This document shows, piece by piece, positions 26,840 through 36,918 of a stretch of 64,000 nucleotides of DNA. Numbering within the stretch: position 1 is the stretch's first letter; each line of letters begins with the position of its first letter. The notes beneath the pieces were generated by a model. The model did no database searches. It was given only the letters and a program-made list of their open reading frames with translations, and had not been told where the DNA came from. Made by a program: the position numbers and the translations under genes. The stretch lies in contig CBDBCY010000004.1 of assembly GCA_965203555.1 (NCBI GenBank), forward strand, positions 2,112,001-2,176,000, in the 5' to 3' direction. This DNA is from Acidimicrobiia bacterium. Its GTDB lineage: Bacteria > Actinomycetota > Acidimicrobiia > Spongiisociales > ZC4RG35.

Positions 26840-29005
26840 ATGAAAGCGTCAAAGGTTTTGTTTGCTCTGGGTGTGGTTTCGGCGGTTGGGGTGATGGCCC
26901 TTTGGTGGCTGGGGTCTGTGATGCACGCCGAGCCTCCCAGCGAGGTGGGTCGGGAGGTTTTCGGAAACATTCCTAGCGGCCTTGAAGCGGCTTTCTACGT
27001 CTCGATAGCCGCATTCCTGTGGCTGGCCTTCTATCTGTTCTCATTGCGGGCACGCAACTGGTCCCGCGGAGACAAGGAAAAACGGCTGGGTGAATGGAAG
27101 CAACGGATTCGCCATCTGGCGGATGGCCTGCGAATGAAAACCCTGCTGCGCGACACCGCCTCGGGGCTGATGCATTCGATGATCTACTACGGGTTCCTGG
27201 TGCTGCTGGCGGGGACCATCACCCTCGAGATCGATCACCTGATGCCCAAGTCCTTCAAATTCCTCCACGGCCCCTTCTACCTGGGGTATTCGGCGGTGCT
27301 GGACTTCTTCGCCCTGGTGTTCCTGGGCGGACTGGCGTGGGCGGTGTTCCGTCGCTACATGCGACCGCCTGCTCGTATCGCCTCCAAGACCCGTCCCGAG
27401 GACGCTTTGGTGTTGGGGCTGCTGATCCTGGTGGGCGTCACGGGGTTGATAACCGAGGCGGCCCGGATTGCGGTGGACGGCCAGCCTGACTTCGAGAGGT
27501 GGTCTTTTGTGGGATATCCACTCTCGTTCTGGATGCCGACCGCGCCGCAGTTGTTCCACCAAGTGGTGTGGGCGATACACGCCGCTTCTTTCCTGGCTTT
27601 CCTGGTGGTCCTCCCGGTGACCAAGCTGCGCCACGCGGTCACCTCGCCGGTGAACATGTTCCTTTCTCCCAAGGACCGGCCCAAGGGAGCCATGAAGTCC
27701 ATGCCCAACCTCATGGAAGCCGAGGACCTGGAGACGGTCGGCGCCGGGGTGATAGGCGACTTCACCTGGAAGCAGTTGTTCGACACCGATGCATGTACGA
27801 TCTGTGGCCGCTGCACCTCGGTGTGCCCGGCCAACATCACCGGCAAATCCCTCGACCCTCGGGAGATCGTGGTCAAATCCGGCGAGGTGCTCACCGCTTC
27901 GGGCCAACCGGTGGTGACCGCTCCCGTGGCCCTTCCGTCCGGAGTCACCATCGACACCGACAGTCTTTTCGAGCGGATCACGTCCGAAGAGGTATGGTCC
28001 TGCACTTCCTGCCGGGCTTGCGACGACATCTGCCCGGTCAACATCGAAATCCTGGACAAGATTCTCGACATGAGGCGCTACCTGACCCTGATGGAGGCCG
28101 AGTTTCCCTCGGAGTTGGCCAAAGCCTTCGTGTCGATGGAGAATCAGGGCAACCCATGGGGGCTGGGCAGGGAGCAGCGGGTGGAGTGGACCAGGCAACT
28201 GGATTTCCCCGTCAAGGTACTGGGTGTTGACGGGGTTGATTCCGCAGAGTACCTGTGGTTTGTGGGGTGTGCCGGTTCGTTCGATGACCGCAATCGGGCG
28301 GTGACGTTGTCGCTGGCCCGTCTCCTGCATCAGGCGGGACTCGACTTCGCGGTGCTCGGACGGCGGGAAATGTGCAACGGGGATCCGGCTCGTAGGGGCG
28401 GCAATGAGTTCGTCTACCAACAACTGGCGTTCGAGAACATCGAGACGATGGATTCCTTCGGAGTCAAGAAAGTCATAACCCAGTGCCCTCACTGCTTCAA
28501 CACTCTGGCCAACGAGTACCCGCAACTGGGTGGAAACTACGAGGTCATCCACCACACGCAACTTTTGGCTGAACTGTTGCGAAGGGGAGTCCTGACCAGC
28601 TCCAACGGCGCGCCCAACGGACGTTCCGAACCCCGCCGGGTCACATATCACGATCCCTGCTATCTGGGTCGGCACAACGACATCTACCTGGCCCCCAGGG
28701 AAGTGGTGGCCGCTTCGGGAAATATCGAGATGGTCGAGATGCCTCGCCATGGCACCAAGGCCTTGTGCTGCGGGGCAGGCGGCGCCCGCTTCTGGATGGA
28801 AGAGAGGGTGGGCAAGAAGATCAACACAGAACGCACCGAGGAGGCATTGGCCACGGGTGCTTCCGAGGTGGCGGTCTCCTGTCCCTATTGCTATGTGATG
28901 CTGGACGACGGCGTCAAAGAGGCGGGTCGCGATTCCGACGTCCAGGTCAGGGATCTGGCAGAGATGTTGGCTGAAGTCGCCCTGGAACGAGATGCCGCCC
29001 GATAA
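26840..29005 (+). CDS. Membrane Fe-S oxidoreductase, heterodisulfide-reductase-related (FadF-like; NarI-like membrane domain, 2x[4Fe-4S], two CCG domains)
   Basis: CTICGRCTSVCP, CTSCRACDDICP, TQCPHC, YHDPC.LGR, CCGAGG, SCPYC. Confidence 0.9.
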   Translation: MKASKVLFALGVVSAVGVMALWWLGSVMHAEPPSEVGREVFGNIPSGLEAAFYVSIAAFLWLAFYLFSLRARNWSRGDKEKRLGEWKQRIRHLADGLRMKTLLRDTASGLMHSMIYYGFLVLLAGTITLEIDHLMPKSFKFLHGPFYLGYSAVLDFFALVFLGGLAWAVFRRYMRPPARIASKTRPEDALVLGLLILVGVTGLITEAARIAVDGQPDFERWSFVGYPLSFWMPTAPQLFHQVVWAIHAASFLAFLVVLPVTKLRHAVTSPVNMFLSPKDRPKGAMKSMPNLMEAEDLETVGAGVIGDFTWKQLFDTDACTICGRCTSVCPANITGKSLDPREIVVKSGEVLTASGQPVVTAPVALPSGVTIDTDSLFERITSEEVWSCTSCRACDDICPVNIEILDKILDMRRYLTLMEAEFPSELAKAFVSMENQGNPWGLGREQRVEWTRQLDFPVKVLGVDGVDSAEYLWFVGCAGSFDDRNRAVTLSLARLLHQAGLDFAVLGRREMCNGDPARRGGNEFVYQQLAFENIETMDSFGVKKVITQCPHCFNTLANEYPQLGGNYEVIHHTQLLAELLRRGVLTSSNGAPNGRSEPRRVTYHDPCYLGRHNDIYLAPREVVAASGNIEMVEMPRHGTKALCCGAGGARFWMEERVGKKINTERTEEALATGASEVAVSCPYCYVMLDDGVKEAGRDSDVQVRDLAEMLAEVALERDAAR

Positions 29006-29864
29006 CGGGGCCAGGGTGGGACGCGCCGAGGAGCAGCGTAGACCGGCGACCCTCCCGATGAAGGTTGGCTATCAGGGAGAGGTCCATTCCTACAGTCACC
29101 AAGTGGCGAATGAACTCTTCCCGGATGTGGAGTTGTGTGGCTACCAGAGCTTTCCGGGGGCATTCTCGGCCATTCGAGAAGGAGATGTGGACCGTTTGGT
29201 GCTGCCCATCGAGAATTCCACTACCGGAAGTGTCCTTCCGGTGTTGAATCGTTTGGCAACCGGCGAATTCCACATCGTTGTCGAACACATGAAGGTGGCC
29301 AGCCATAGCCTGTTGGGGTTGGAGGGCGCCGATTTAGCCGACGTTCGTAAAGTGTTTTCCCACCCTGAAGCTCTTTCCCAAGCGGAGAGAACTATCTCCC
29401 GATGGGGCTGGGAAGGAATCCCCGTGCACGACACCGCCGGGGCGGTGCGGCTGGTTGCCTCCCGAGGGGATGCTCGGCAAGCTGCTCTGGCCCACATCAG
29501 CGCCTCGGCTCTGGGGTTGGTTGTCCTGTTGGAAAATGTGGTCGACCGGGCCGACAACACTACCCGGTTCGTCGTGCTGGCGCCCGGCGAGCCCTGCGTG
29601 TCCGAAGACGCCAATAAGACCTCGGTGGTCTTCGAGGTTCTTCACCGGCCCGGATCCCTGGCGCTGGCGCTAACCGAACTGGCCGCCCGGGGCGCCAACC
29701 TGACCCGGATTGAATCCCGTCCCTCCACCGAAGCGTGGCGTTACCGGTTCTTTGTCGATCTGATCCACTCGCCAGGGCCCGACGGGCTGGCCAAGGTGTT
29801 CAACCCTGACCTGGTGTCTGTGAGCAACCTGCGCATGCTGGGTAGCTACCGGGCTGCGCGATGA
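28992..29864 (+). CDS. pheA: Prephenate dehydratase
   Basis: YQG...SYS, PIENSTTGSV, SHPEALSQ, NTTRF, ACT domain NLTRIESRP; start may be 29058. Confidence 0.93.
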   Translation: MPPDNGARVGRAEEQRRPATLPMKVGYQGEVHSYSHQVANELFPDVELCGYQSFPGAFSAIREGDVDRLVLPIENSTTGSVLPVLNRLATGEFHIVVEHMKVASHSLLGLEGADLADVRKVFSHPEALSQAERTISRWGWEGIPVHDTAGAVRLVASRGDARQAALAHISASALGLVVLLENVVDRADNTTRFVVLAPGEPCVSEDANKTSVVFEVLHRPGSLALALTELAARGANLTRIESRPSTEAWRYRFFVDLIHSPGPDGLAKVFNPDLVSVSNLRMLGSYRAAR

Positions 29865-30854
29865 CCGTTTCCCGGTCTGCTGCAGGAGAGTCACAAGGGG
29901 TTTGAGGGCGCGTTGAAGCGAAGCGGGCGGGGGCTTTCCCCACTGTAGGTCGTCAAGGTTTCCGATCAGGGCGTCGGGTTGCCTTTCCGCCCATACGCCA
30001 AGGTGAAATAGCACCTCGCTCTGCATGAGGTCGTTCGCTTCCAGGTGATTGACCACCAGCCACGGCTGTTGCCGTCTGTCCAGCCTGGCGAGAAACGAGG
30101 CTGCCCGGACGATCCCGGAGGGACTCGCCTCGCAAACCACCACCTTTTGGCCTGGCCACTGCTCGAATGACTCGACGCATGGACCGAGATCCACCACCGT
30201 GATCGGGTAGTCCCAAAGCCGGGACCAGCCGCCGGCCAGCATTCCCACTGCCGACCCGCCGGCTCTCTGAAGCAGCACGTCGATTCCGTGGAAGTCAACC
30301 GGCTCATAGGCATTGGTGGGTGGGGGAAGGCCCAGGCGGAGTCCGAGAGTGGGGGAGGGATCGGCTTCTATAAGCAAGCATGGACCTGTTCGCGCCGCCA
30401 TCCAAGCCAGACCGAGGGCCACCTCGGTTCTTCCCGGCGCCCCTCGCGGTCCTCCAACCGCCACCACTGTCGGGCCTTCCTGCACACCCCGAGCCAAGTC
30501 CCGACCGGGGGAGTCGGCACGAAGGACGGTGGCCGCCCACTCCGGATCCGGCTGCTCCAGAACGTAATTGCATCCCCAATCCTCCAGGAGTTCGCAGTCC
30601 AGGGGGTGATAAGAGTCGCTGATTCCAATTACCACCAGACCCCTGTCCTGCCAGGCGCTTATCAAGCCGGGGGACAGCCAGGGAATCTCCGTTCCCACCA
30701 GCACCGCCCGGGCAGTTCCTCGGCGAAGGACCTGTTGAACTTGAGCGGGGTGGAAGGCCCGCTGGACGATCTTCAGGGACCCGGTTAACCTCGCCTGTTC
30801 CACCAGTTCCGATTCCCACCCCGGTCCCGCGGTGGTGACTACGCGAGGAATCAT
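29670..30854 (-). CDS. Degenerate receiver + MinD/CpaE-like P-loop protein
   Basis: VVAVGGPRGAPGRTEVALGLA (deviant Walker A), LLIEADP, VVDLG; the last ~65 aa run antisense into pheA. Confidence 0.65.
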   Translation of the reverse strand: MIPRVVTTAGPGWESELVEQARLTGSLKIVQRAFHPAQVQQVLRRGTARAVLVGTEIPWLSPGLISAWQDRGLVVIGISDSYHPLDCELLEDWGCNYVLEQPDPEWAATVLRADSPGRDLARGVQEGPTVVAVGGPRGAPGRTEVALGLAWMAARTGPCLLIEADPSPTLGLRLGLPPPTNAYEPVDFHGIDVLLQRAGGSAVGMLAGGWSRLWDYPITVVDLGPCVESFEQWPGQKVVVCEASPSGIVRAASFLARLDRRQQPWLVVNHLEANDLMQSEVLFHLGVWAERQPDALIGNLDDLQWGKPPPASLQRALKPLVTLLQQTGKRSSRSPVATQHAQVAHRHQVRVEHLGQPVGPWRVDQIDKEPVTPRFGGGTGFNPGQVGAPGGQFG

Positions 30855-31150
30855 GTCAACTCGACCATCTCGATGGTGGAAAAGGGAATGATCACTCGCC
30901 GGGAGTCTCCCAGTTCCACATGATCCTGGCCGACTGCGAACGGAATCCCTTCACAGAGATGACCTCCCTGCACCCACAGTCTGATGGGCTGGCCTGCGTC
31001 CTCGGCGTCCAGCAGCCGATCCCGTAGGGTGGCCATACGCTGGATCTGGAGTAGGGCTGCTTCCTGTTCGTATTCCAAGGTCTCTTGGAAGCGCCTTCGA
31101 ACCAGTTCTCGAAAGTCAACCAAGTCAGGGTGTTCGGATTCTTTGGACAC
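30851..31150 (-). CDS. Conserved-looking hypothetical protein (helical N-terminus, small beta C-terminus)
   Basis: ATGA-coupled to the P-loop gene; GGAGG SD upstream. Confidence 0.65.
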   Translation of the reverse strand: MSKESEHPDLVDFRELVRRRFQETLEYEQEAALLQIQRMATLRDRLLDAEDAGQPIRLWVQGGHLCEGIPFAVGQDHVELGDSRRVIIPFSTIEMVELT

Positions 31151-31311
31151 CGCGAGCTACCTCCCACAACAGCAGTGGTCACAATGTGGTATCCGTGATG
31201 CTTGAGAGTCAACCCCCTGAGCCTGGTTTGTAAAAAACATTTCCCAAACTGGTTACCAGTATCCGGGCAAACCTGATACCGTGAGGAGAAAGGTTTCGAG
31301 ATAGGAGGTCT

Positions 31312-31815
31312 ATGCACGTATCACTTACGGTAAACGGCCGGCGGGCGGTGACGGATGTAGAACCGCGTACGCTGTTAGTGCATTTGTTACGAGAGGAGCT
31401 GGGCCTGACCGGCACCCATGTGGGCTGTGACACTTCATATTGTGGGGCCTGCACGGTGATCGTAGACGGAAAGACTGTCAAGTCATGCACCATGCTGGCC
31501 GTCCAGGCGCAGGGCGCCGAGGTGACCACCATTGAAGGGATGGCCGCCAACGGCGATCTCCATCCCGTTCAGGAAGGATTCTGGGAAAGGCATGGTCTCC
31601 AGTGCGGATTCTGCACTCCGGGGATGATCATGTCGGCGGTGGGCCTGCTGTCTGAAAACGAGTCTCCCACAGAAAATGAAATACGCCATGGGCTGGAAGG
31701 CAATCTGTGCCGATGCACCGGGTATCACAACATAGTTCGGGCTGTGGAATACGCGGCCGCCAGGATGCGAGGCGAGGAACCGCCGCCCCCTGAGTGGGAG
31801 GGAGGTTCGTCATGA
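31312..31815 (+). CDS. coxS: Xanthine dehydrogenase family [2Fe-2S] small subunit (CoxS-like)
   Basis: [28 protein letters not shown]. Confidence 0.93.
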   Translation: MHVSLTVNGRRAVTDVEPRTLLVHLLREELGLTGTHVGCDTSYCGACTVIVDGKTVKSCTMLAVQAQGAEVTTIEGMAANGDLHPVQEGFWERHGLQCGFCTPGMIMSAVGLLSENESPTENEIRHGLEGNLCRCTGYHNIVRAVEYAAARMRGEEPPPPEWEGGSS

Positions 31816-34205
31816 GTACCACCAGCGTTTTGGGTGGAGTCGTCAAGCGCCGCGAAGATCCTGCTCTGATCAGGGGAACCGGACTTTATGTCGACGATCT
31901 CCAGTTGCCGGGGATGCTGCACACCGCCTTTGTGCGCAGCCCCTACGCCCATGCCTCAATAGAGTCGATCGACGCTTCCGACGCGCTGGCGATGGACGGG
32001 GTCCGGGCGGTGTACACCGCAGCGGACGTGGCCCATCTCGGCGACCTGGTTACGCAGGTGGCGGTAGGAAAACTGCGGCCGCTTTTGGCCGGCGGCCATG
32101 TCAACCATGTAGGCGAGGCGGTAGCCATGGTGGTGGCGGACAGCCGCTACGGGGCACGCGACGCCGCTGATGCGGTGGACGTGGACTACGAGCCCCTCGA
32201 CCCGGTGATCGACCTGAAGGAAGCCGCTTCCGACGCCGCCTTGGTCCATAAGGACTTGGCTTCCAATGTCCTGCTCGCCTGGGAAGGCGGCCCCTGGGGT
32301 AGCGAGGAAGGCATAGCCGCCACCAAAGAGACCATCGGCGCCGCCAAGGCGCGGGACGACACGGTCACCGTATCGATGGAAATGGTGAATCAGCGACTAT
32401 TGCCCATGCCAATGGAACCACGTTCGGTGGTGGCGGATTGGAATGCCGGTTACGGCCGGTTCACGGTGCATTCCTCCACCCAGATCCCACATGCCCTGGC
32501 AGGGGGGATCGCCGGGACCTTCGGCCTCTCCCTTACCGATGTTCGGTGCATAGCGCCGGAGGTGGGCGGCGGCTTCGGATGCAAGTTGAACGTCTACAAC
32601 GACGAGATCCTGGTCTGTTTCGCCTCCCAGCAACTGGGCAGCCCGGTGAAGTTCACCGAAACCCGGCGAGACGCGGCCGGCTCCACCATCCATGGTCGGG
32701 GTTGGGTGGCGACTGCCTCTGTTACCGGTACCCGCGACGGAAAAGTCCTGGGATATGAACTCGACGGCATCGCCGACATGGGCGCTTACAGTCAGAACTT
32801 CACAGTGGCGATACCCTTCCTGGGTCTGTTCGTAGGGGCGGGCCAATACAACTTCCCCACCTACTGGAAGATGGCGTGCGTGCACACTCACACCATGACC
32901 ACCGACGCTTACCGCGGCGCCGGTCGACCGGAGGCCGCCTACTACCTGGAGCGGGCGCTTGACGCCTTCGCCCGGGAAATCGGGGTGGATCCGTCCGAGG
33001 TGCGGAGACAGAACTACATTCCCGCCTCGGAATTCCCCGGGGCCGCCACTCATATCGGGTTCCCCATGGACACCGGCGACTACGAGAACAATCTCGACGC
33101 TCTCCTGGAGACGGCCGGCTATGAGGGCCTGAAGGCCGAGCGAGACCGGATGCGGGCCGAGGGACGACTGGTAGGACTGGGCCTGGCCACCTATGTGGAA
33201 GTGTGCGGATTTGGTCCTTCCGCTCTGGTGGACTTGGGATTCTCCTGGGCGTCCTACAAGATCCCTTCCGGATTCAACGGTTCCGGTTTGGTGCGGATCC
33301 AGGCTGACGGCACCGCCTCTGTGATCATTGGCACGGGCCCATCCGGGCAGGGCCATCAGACCACGTGGGCGCAGATCGTATCTCAGCAACTCGGAATCCC
33401 GGTGGAGAACATCCGGGTGACTCACGGTGACACCGCCGAGTCGCCGCTGGGTATCGGAACCTTCGGGTCCCGTTCCGCAGCGGTGGACGGGACGGCCACC
33501 TATGAGGCGGCCAACAAGGTAGCGGCCAAGGCCGCCAGGCTGGCAGCCCATCTGCTTGAAGCTTCCTCGGAGGACATCGTCTTCGCCGACGGGGGCGCCC
33601 ATGTGGCCGGATCGCCTGATCAGACGGTTTCCTGGTCCGACATCGCCACCCTGGCCTACCAGCCTCATCGCCTGCCGGAAGGCATGGAGGGAGGCCTCGA
33701 GGCCCATGCGGTTTTCAGCCCCGGTAACGCCACCTGGCCGTTCGGATCCCACCTGGCTCTGGTGGAAGTGGATGGCGACACCGGCGACGTGAAGTTGCTT
33801 CGCTACATCGCCATGGACGACTGCGGGAATGTCATCAATCCGATGATCGTGGACGGACAGATTCACGGAGGGCTGGCGCAGGGAATCGGCCAGGCCATGT
33901 TCGAGGACGGCGACTATGAGGCGGATGGAAACCTCCTCAAGTGGTCGTTTGTCGAGTACCCCCTGCCGACCTCCGCTGATTTGCCCTCCTTCGAGTTGCA
34001 TCGCACTGTTACTCCCACCGACATCAATCCGCTGGGTGTGAAGGGAATCGGCGAAGCCGGTACCATCGGCTCAGCGCAGACCGTGGTCAACGCGGTGGTC
34101 GACGCGCTTGCGCCCCTCGGGGTGACACATGTGGACATGCCCCTTCGCCCCAAGCGGGTGTGGGAGGCCATCCAGGCGGCCAAGACGAACGGGAGTGTGA
34201 GCTGA
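31812..34205 (+). CDS. coxL: Molybdopterin-binding large subunit, form II CoxL-like
   Basis: [16 protein letters not shown] (form II; form I has AYxCSFR), GQGHQT, GTFGSRS, KGIGEAG. Confidence 0.9.
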   Translation: MSTTSVLGGVVKRREDPALIRGTGLYVDDLQLPGMLHTAFVRSPYAHASIESIDASDALAMDGVRAVYTAADVAHLGDLVTQVAVGKLRPLLAGGHVNHVGEAVAMVVADSRYGARDAADAVDVDYEPLDPVIDLKEAASDAALVHKDLASNVLLAWEGGPWGSEEGIAATKETIGAAKARDDTVTVSMEMVNQRLLPMPMEPRSVVADWNAGYGRFTVHSSTQIPHALAGGIAGTFGLSLTDVRCIAPEVGGGFGCKLNVYNDEILVCFASQQLGSPVKFTETRRDAAGSTIHGRGWVATASVTGTRDGKVLGYELDGIADMGAYSQNFTVAIPFLGLFVGAGQYNFPTYWKMACVHTHTMTTDAYRGAGRPEAAYYLERALDAFAREIGVDPSEVRRQNYIPASEFPGAATHIGFPMDTGDYENNLDALLETAGYEGLKAERDRMRAEGRLVGLGLATYVEVCGFGPSALVDLGFSWASYKIPSGFNGSGLVRIQADGTASVIIGTGPSGQGHQTTWAQIVSQQLGIPVENIRVTHGDTAESPLGIGTFGSRSAAVDGTATYEAANKVAAKAARLAAHLLEASSEDIVFADGGAHVAGSPDQTVSWSDIATLAYQPHRLPEGMEGGLEAHAVFSPGNATWPFGSHLALVEVDGDTGDVKLLRYIAMDDCGNVINPMIVDGQIHGGLAQGIGQAMFEDGDYEADGNLLKWSFVEYPLPTSADLPSFELHRTVTPTDINPLGVKGIGEAGTIGSAQTVVNAVVDALAPLGVTHVDMPLRPKRVWEAIQAAKTNGSVS

Positions 34206-35065
34206 TGTATCCCAGGTCATTCGAATACGTATCCCCGGGTTCGCTGGACGAGGCAACCTCGATCCTGGCTTCCACGGAAGGCGCCAAGGTGCTGGCCGGC
34301 GGCATGAGCCTCTTGCCCATCATGAAGTTGCGCCTCTATTCGCCCGACGTCTTGGTGGATATCGGACGGATCCCCGGTCTTTCCTCCATTGAGGATCAAG
34401 GCGATTACATCGGTGTGGGGGCATTGGTTCGCCACGCCGACACCGCGTCCGATCCATTGATTGCCGAGCATGCCGCAGCCCTTGCGACTGCCGCATCCTG
34501 GACGGGAGACGTTCAGGTACGCAACCAGGGCACCACCTGCGGTTCGATCGCCCATGCCGACATCGCCGCCGATCAGCCTTCGGCAGCCTTGGCTCTGGGG
34601 GCCACCATGGTGGCGTCTTCAAGCAATGGCACACGGGAGATCGCGGCCGCCGACTTCTTCGTGGACACGCTCACCACCGCCTTGGAATCGGATGAGATTC
34701 TCACCGAGATCCGCCTGCCCAAGCAGGGCGGAGGCTCAGCCTACGAGAAGCTGGGCCGTCGCGGCGGCCACACCGACTATGCGGTGGCGGGCGCCTCGGC
34801 TTGGGTGGATCTCTCCGATGGCGCGGTTAGCGGTGGCCGGGTTGCTCTGACCGGCGTGGGTCCCATGCCCACCCTGGCGGAAGGCGTCATGGAGACTCTG
34901 ATCGGAACCGACGGTTCGGATGCGGCGGTGGCTGCTGCTGCCGAGCGAGCCTTGGAAGGCGTGACGGTACTGGAGGATCTCTTCGGAACCGTCGAGTACA
35001 AGTCGCACCTCGCCAAGGTAATGACCCGCAGGGCTCTGCAACAGGCAATCGCCGCAGCAACGTAA
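34205..35065 (+). CDS. coxM: FAD-binding medium subunit (CoxM-like)
   Basis: FEY..P.SLDEA, LAGGMSL.P.MKLR, QVRNQGT.CGSIAHAD. Confidence 0.92.
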   Translation: MYPRSFEYVSPGSLDEATSILASTEGAKVLAGGMSLLPIMKLRLYSPDVLVDIGRIPGLSSIEDQGDYIGVGALVRHADTASDPLIAEHAAALATAASWTGDVQVRNQGTTCGSIAHADIAADQPSAALALGATMVASSSNGTREIAAADFFVDTLTTALESDEILTEIRLPKQGGGSAYEKLGRRGGHTDYAVAGASAWVDLSDGAVSGGRVALTGVGPMPTLAEGVMETLIGTDGSDAAVAAAAERALEGVTVLEDLFGTVEYKSHLAKVMTRRALQQAIAAAT

Positions 35066-35108
35066 GAAACAAAGATCACTCTGCCGGAAGCGGGCGGAGA
35101 ATGAAGAG

Positions 35109-35142
35109 AAAGGGTCGGGACCCGGAAAGGTCCCGACCCTTT
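35109..35142. terminator. Bidirectional intrinsic terminator-like hairpin
   Basis: Perfect 14-bp inverted repeat AAAGGGTCGGGACC-cggaaa-GGTCCCGACCCTTT after coxM. Confidence 0.75.
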
Positions 35143-35185
35143 ACTGGCACACCAAGGACGGAGTGCGGACCGGCAGAGGAGAGAA

Positions 35186-36550
35186 ATGGTCCACAGGGCA
35201 AGTCGAGAGCTACGGACTCTAGTCCCTACGGGCATGCTGGGTTTCGGATTCCCTGATGACAGCTTCGAAATGAACTTAGCCCTGAACCCGCACGTCATAG
35301 GAATTGATGCAGGCTCAACAGACTCTGGTCCACACAATCTGGGTGGGGGCATTGTGGAGGCAGCACGATCCACAACGTTTGACGACCTGAGCAGGATTCT
35401 GACTGCCAGCCGCTCACGGCGCATTCCCGTCGTTATCGGCTCCGCTGGAACGTCCGGGTCCGACTCTGGGGTTGAATGGATGCTTGATATCGCCCACCAA
35501 ATTGCTCGTGAGAGTGGATGGAGCCTCCGCATCGCAACCGTTCGTTCAGAGCTGCACAAGGATTACATCAAGCGAAAACTCCGTGCCGGGAAGATAAGAA
35601 GTCTGGGGCCAGAGGAGAAACTTTCCGTCCAAACGATCGAAGAAACGACTCACATAGTCGGCCTAATGGGTGTCGAACAAATAGTGGAGGCACTCGATCT
35701 CGAACCAGATCTCGTGATCGCTGGCCGAAGCTGCGATGCCGCAATTTTTGCTTCTTTGGCGATTAGGGAAGGCTATCCCAAGGGCCTGGCTTGGCACATG
35801 GGTCAGATTCTCGAATGTGGTGCCATGTGTTCTGAGGCAGACCATGGTGCCGCCGAGCCCATGACGGGAATAATCAGGGAAGACCACTTCACGGTCGGCT
35901 CGCCCAAACACTCCATCGTCTGCTCACCCCGTTCTGTAGCCGCCCAAAGCTTTTATGAGGAATCAGACCCGGCCAGATTGAACTTGCCCGGTGGGCACGT
36001 CTGGATGGGAAACAGTGAATTCGAGCAAGCCCGGGATGGGTGGGTCAACATCTCCGGGAGTGAATGGCGCGAGAGTGATCGGTATGAAGTGCTCATCGAG
36101 GGTGCCACCCAGCGTGGATATCGTTCGATCACTATTGCCGGCGCACGAGATCCGTATTTCATATCCAATATTGATTTGATCCTCGACGCCGTCCACGAGA
36201 CTACCGCCCAGCGGTTTAGTGACGACTTTGATCTCGATTTTGTAGTGTATGGACGAGATGGAGTGATGGGACATCTAGAACCCACCCCAATCCCCGCTCA
36301 CGAAGTAGGCCTCCTCATCAGGGTTGTCGCTGAGTCGCAAACGCTGGCAGATACCATCGTTGCCTTCGTCCGGTCATCGATCGATCACTTCAAGTATCCT
36401 GGTATCAAGGCAACTGCGGCTAACTTGGCATACCCTCTTGCGCCGGGAACCCTATCGTGCGGGCCGGTCTATGAGTTCAGCGTGCATCACTTGATGACTC
36501 TCGACTCGCCAGATGAATGTTTTGAAGTAGATGTTGGGAGCTATGGCTGA
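35186..36550 (+). CDS. AtuA-like (DUF1446) protein
   Basis: PTGMLGFGF, DAGSTDSGP..LG, IGSAGTSG, AGRSCDAA, ILECGA.C, A.NLAYP..P. Confidence 0.8.
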   Translation: MVHRASRELRTLVPTGMLGFGFPDDSFEMNLALNPHVIGIDAGSTDSGPHNLGGGIVEAARSTTFDDLSRILTASRSRRIPVVIGSAGTSGSDSGVEWMLDIAHQIARESGWSLRIATVRSELHKDYIKRKLRAGKIRSLGPEEKLSVQTIEETTHIVGLMGVEQIVEALDLEPDLVIAGRSCDAAIFASLAIREGYPKGLAWHMGQILECGAMCSEADHGAAEPMTGIIREDHFTVGSPKHSIVCSPRSVAAQSFYEESDPARLNLPGGHVWMGNSEFEQARDGWVNISGSEWRESDRYEVLIEGATQRGYRSITIAGARDPYFISNIDLILDAVHETTAQRFSDDFDLDFVVYGRDGVMGHLEPTPIPAHEVGLLIRVVAESQTLADTIVAFVRSSIDHFKYPGIKATAANLAYPLAPGTLSCGPVYEFSVHHLMTLDSPDECFEVDVGSYG

Positions 36551-36872
36551 TATGAACACGACCCTGGGCGAGGTCGCAAGCGTCCTCAGAAGCAAGAATG
36601 CTGGGCCGTATTTGCTGACTCTTGATGTTTTTTTTGATAGCGCCGAGACGTTTAGTCAAGTGAAGATGTCGGGGATCATTACCGATTCTTTGATTTCGCG
36701 GTGCTACGGAATCGATAAGAGTGACGTAATCAACCTTGGATGGCACGATTCAGCTCGAGGCCTCAAGATAACAATGGTACGGCCAGCGGTTTCCGGTAGC
36801 CCCAGGGATCGGGACGTGTACGGTTGTCAGCAACACGCCCCGCTCCTCGGAGTTGAGATACCTACTGATTAG
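36543..36872 (+). CDS. DUF4387 family protein
   Basis: RSKNAGPY.LTLD, SGS..DRDVYGCQQHAPL. Confidence 0.85.
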   Translation: MADMNTTLGEVASVLRSKNAGPYLLTLDVFFDSAETFSQVKMSGIITDSLISRCYGIDKSDVINLGWHDSARGLKITMVRPAVSGSPRDRDVYGCQQHAPLLGVEIPTD

Positions 36873-36918
36873 ACACCGGACAGCAACAGGTTTCTACTCC
36901 GATCCCGACGGCAAGTTC

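Noticed and set aside
27041-28750. 569-aa minus-strand ORF
   Set aside because: Antisense shadow of the Fe-S oxidoreductase.
32397-34001. 534-aa minus-strand ORF
   Set aside because: Antisense shadow of coxL.
31812-34205. True aerobic CO dehydrogenase (form I)
   Set aside because: The active-site loop is AYRGAGR rather than AYxCSFR, and gene order is S-L-M.
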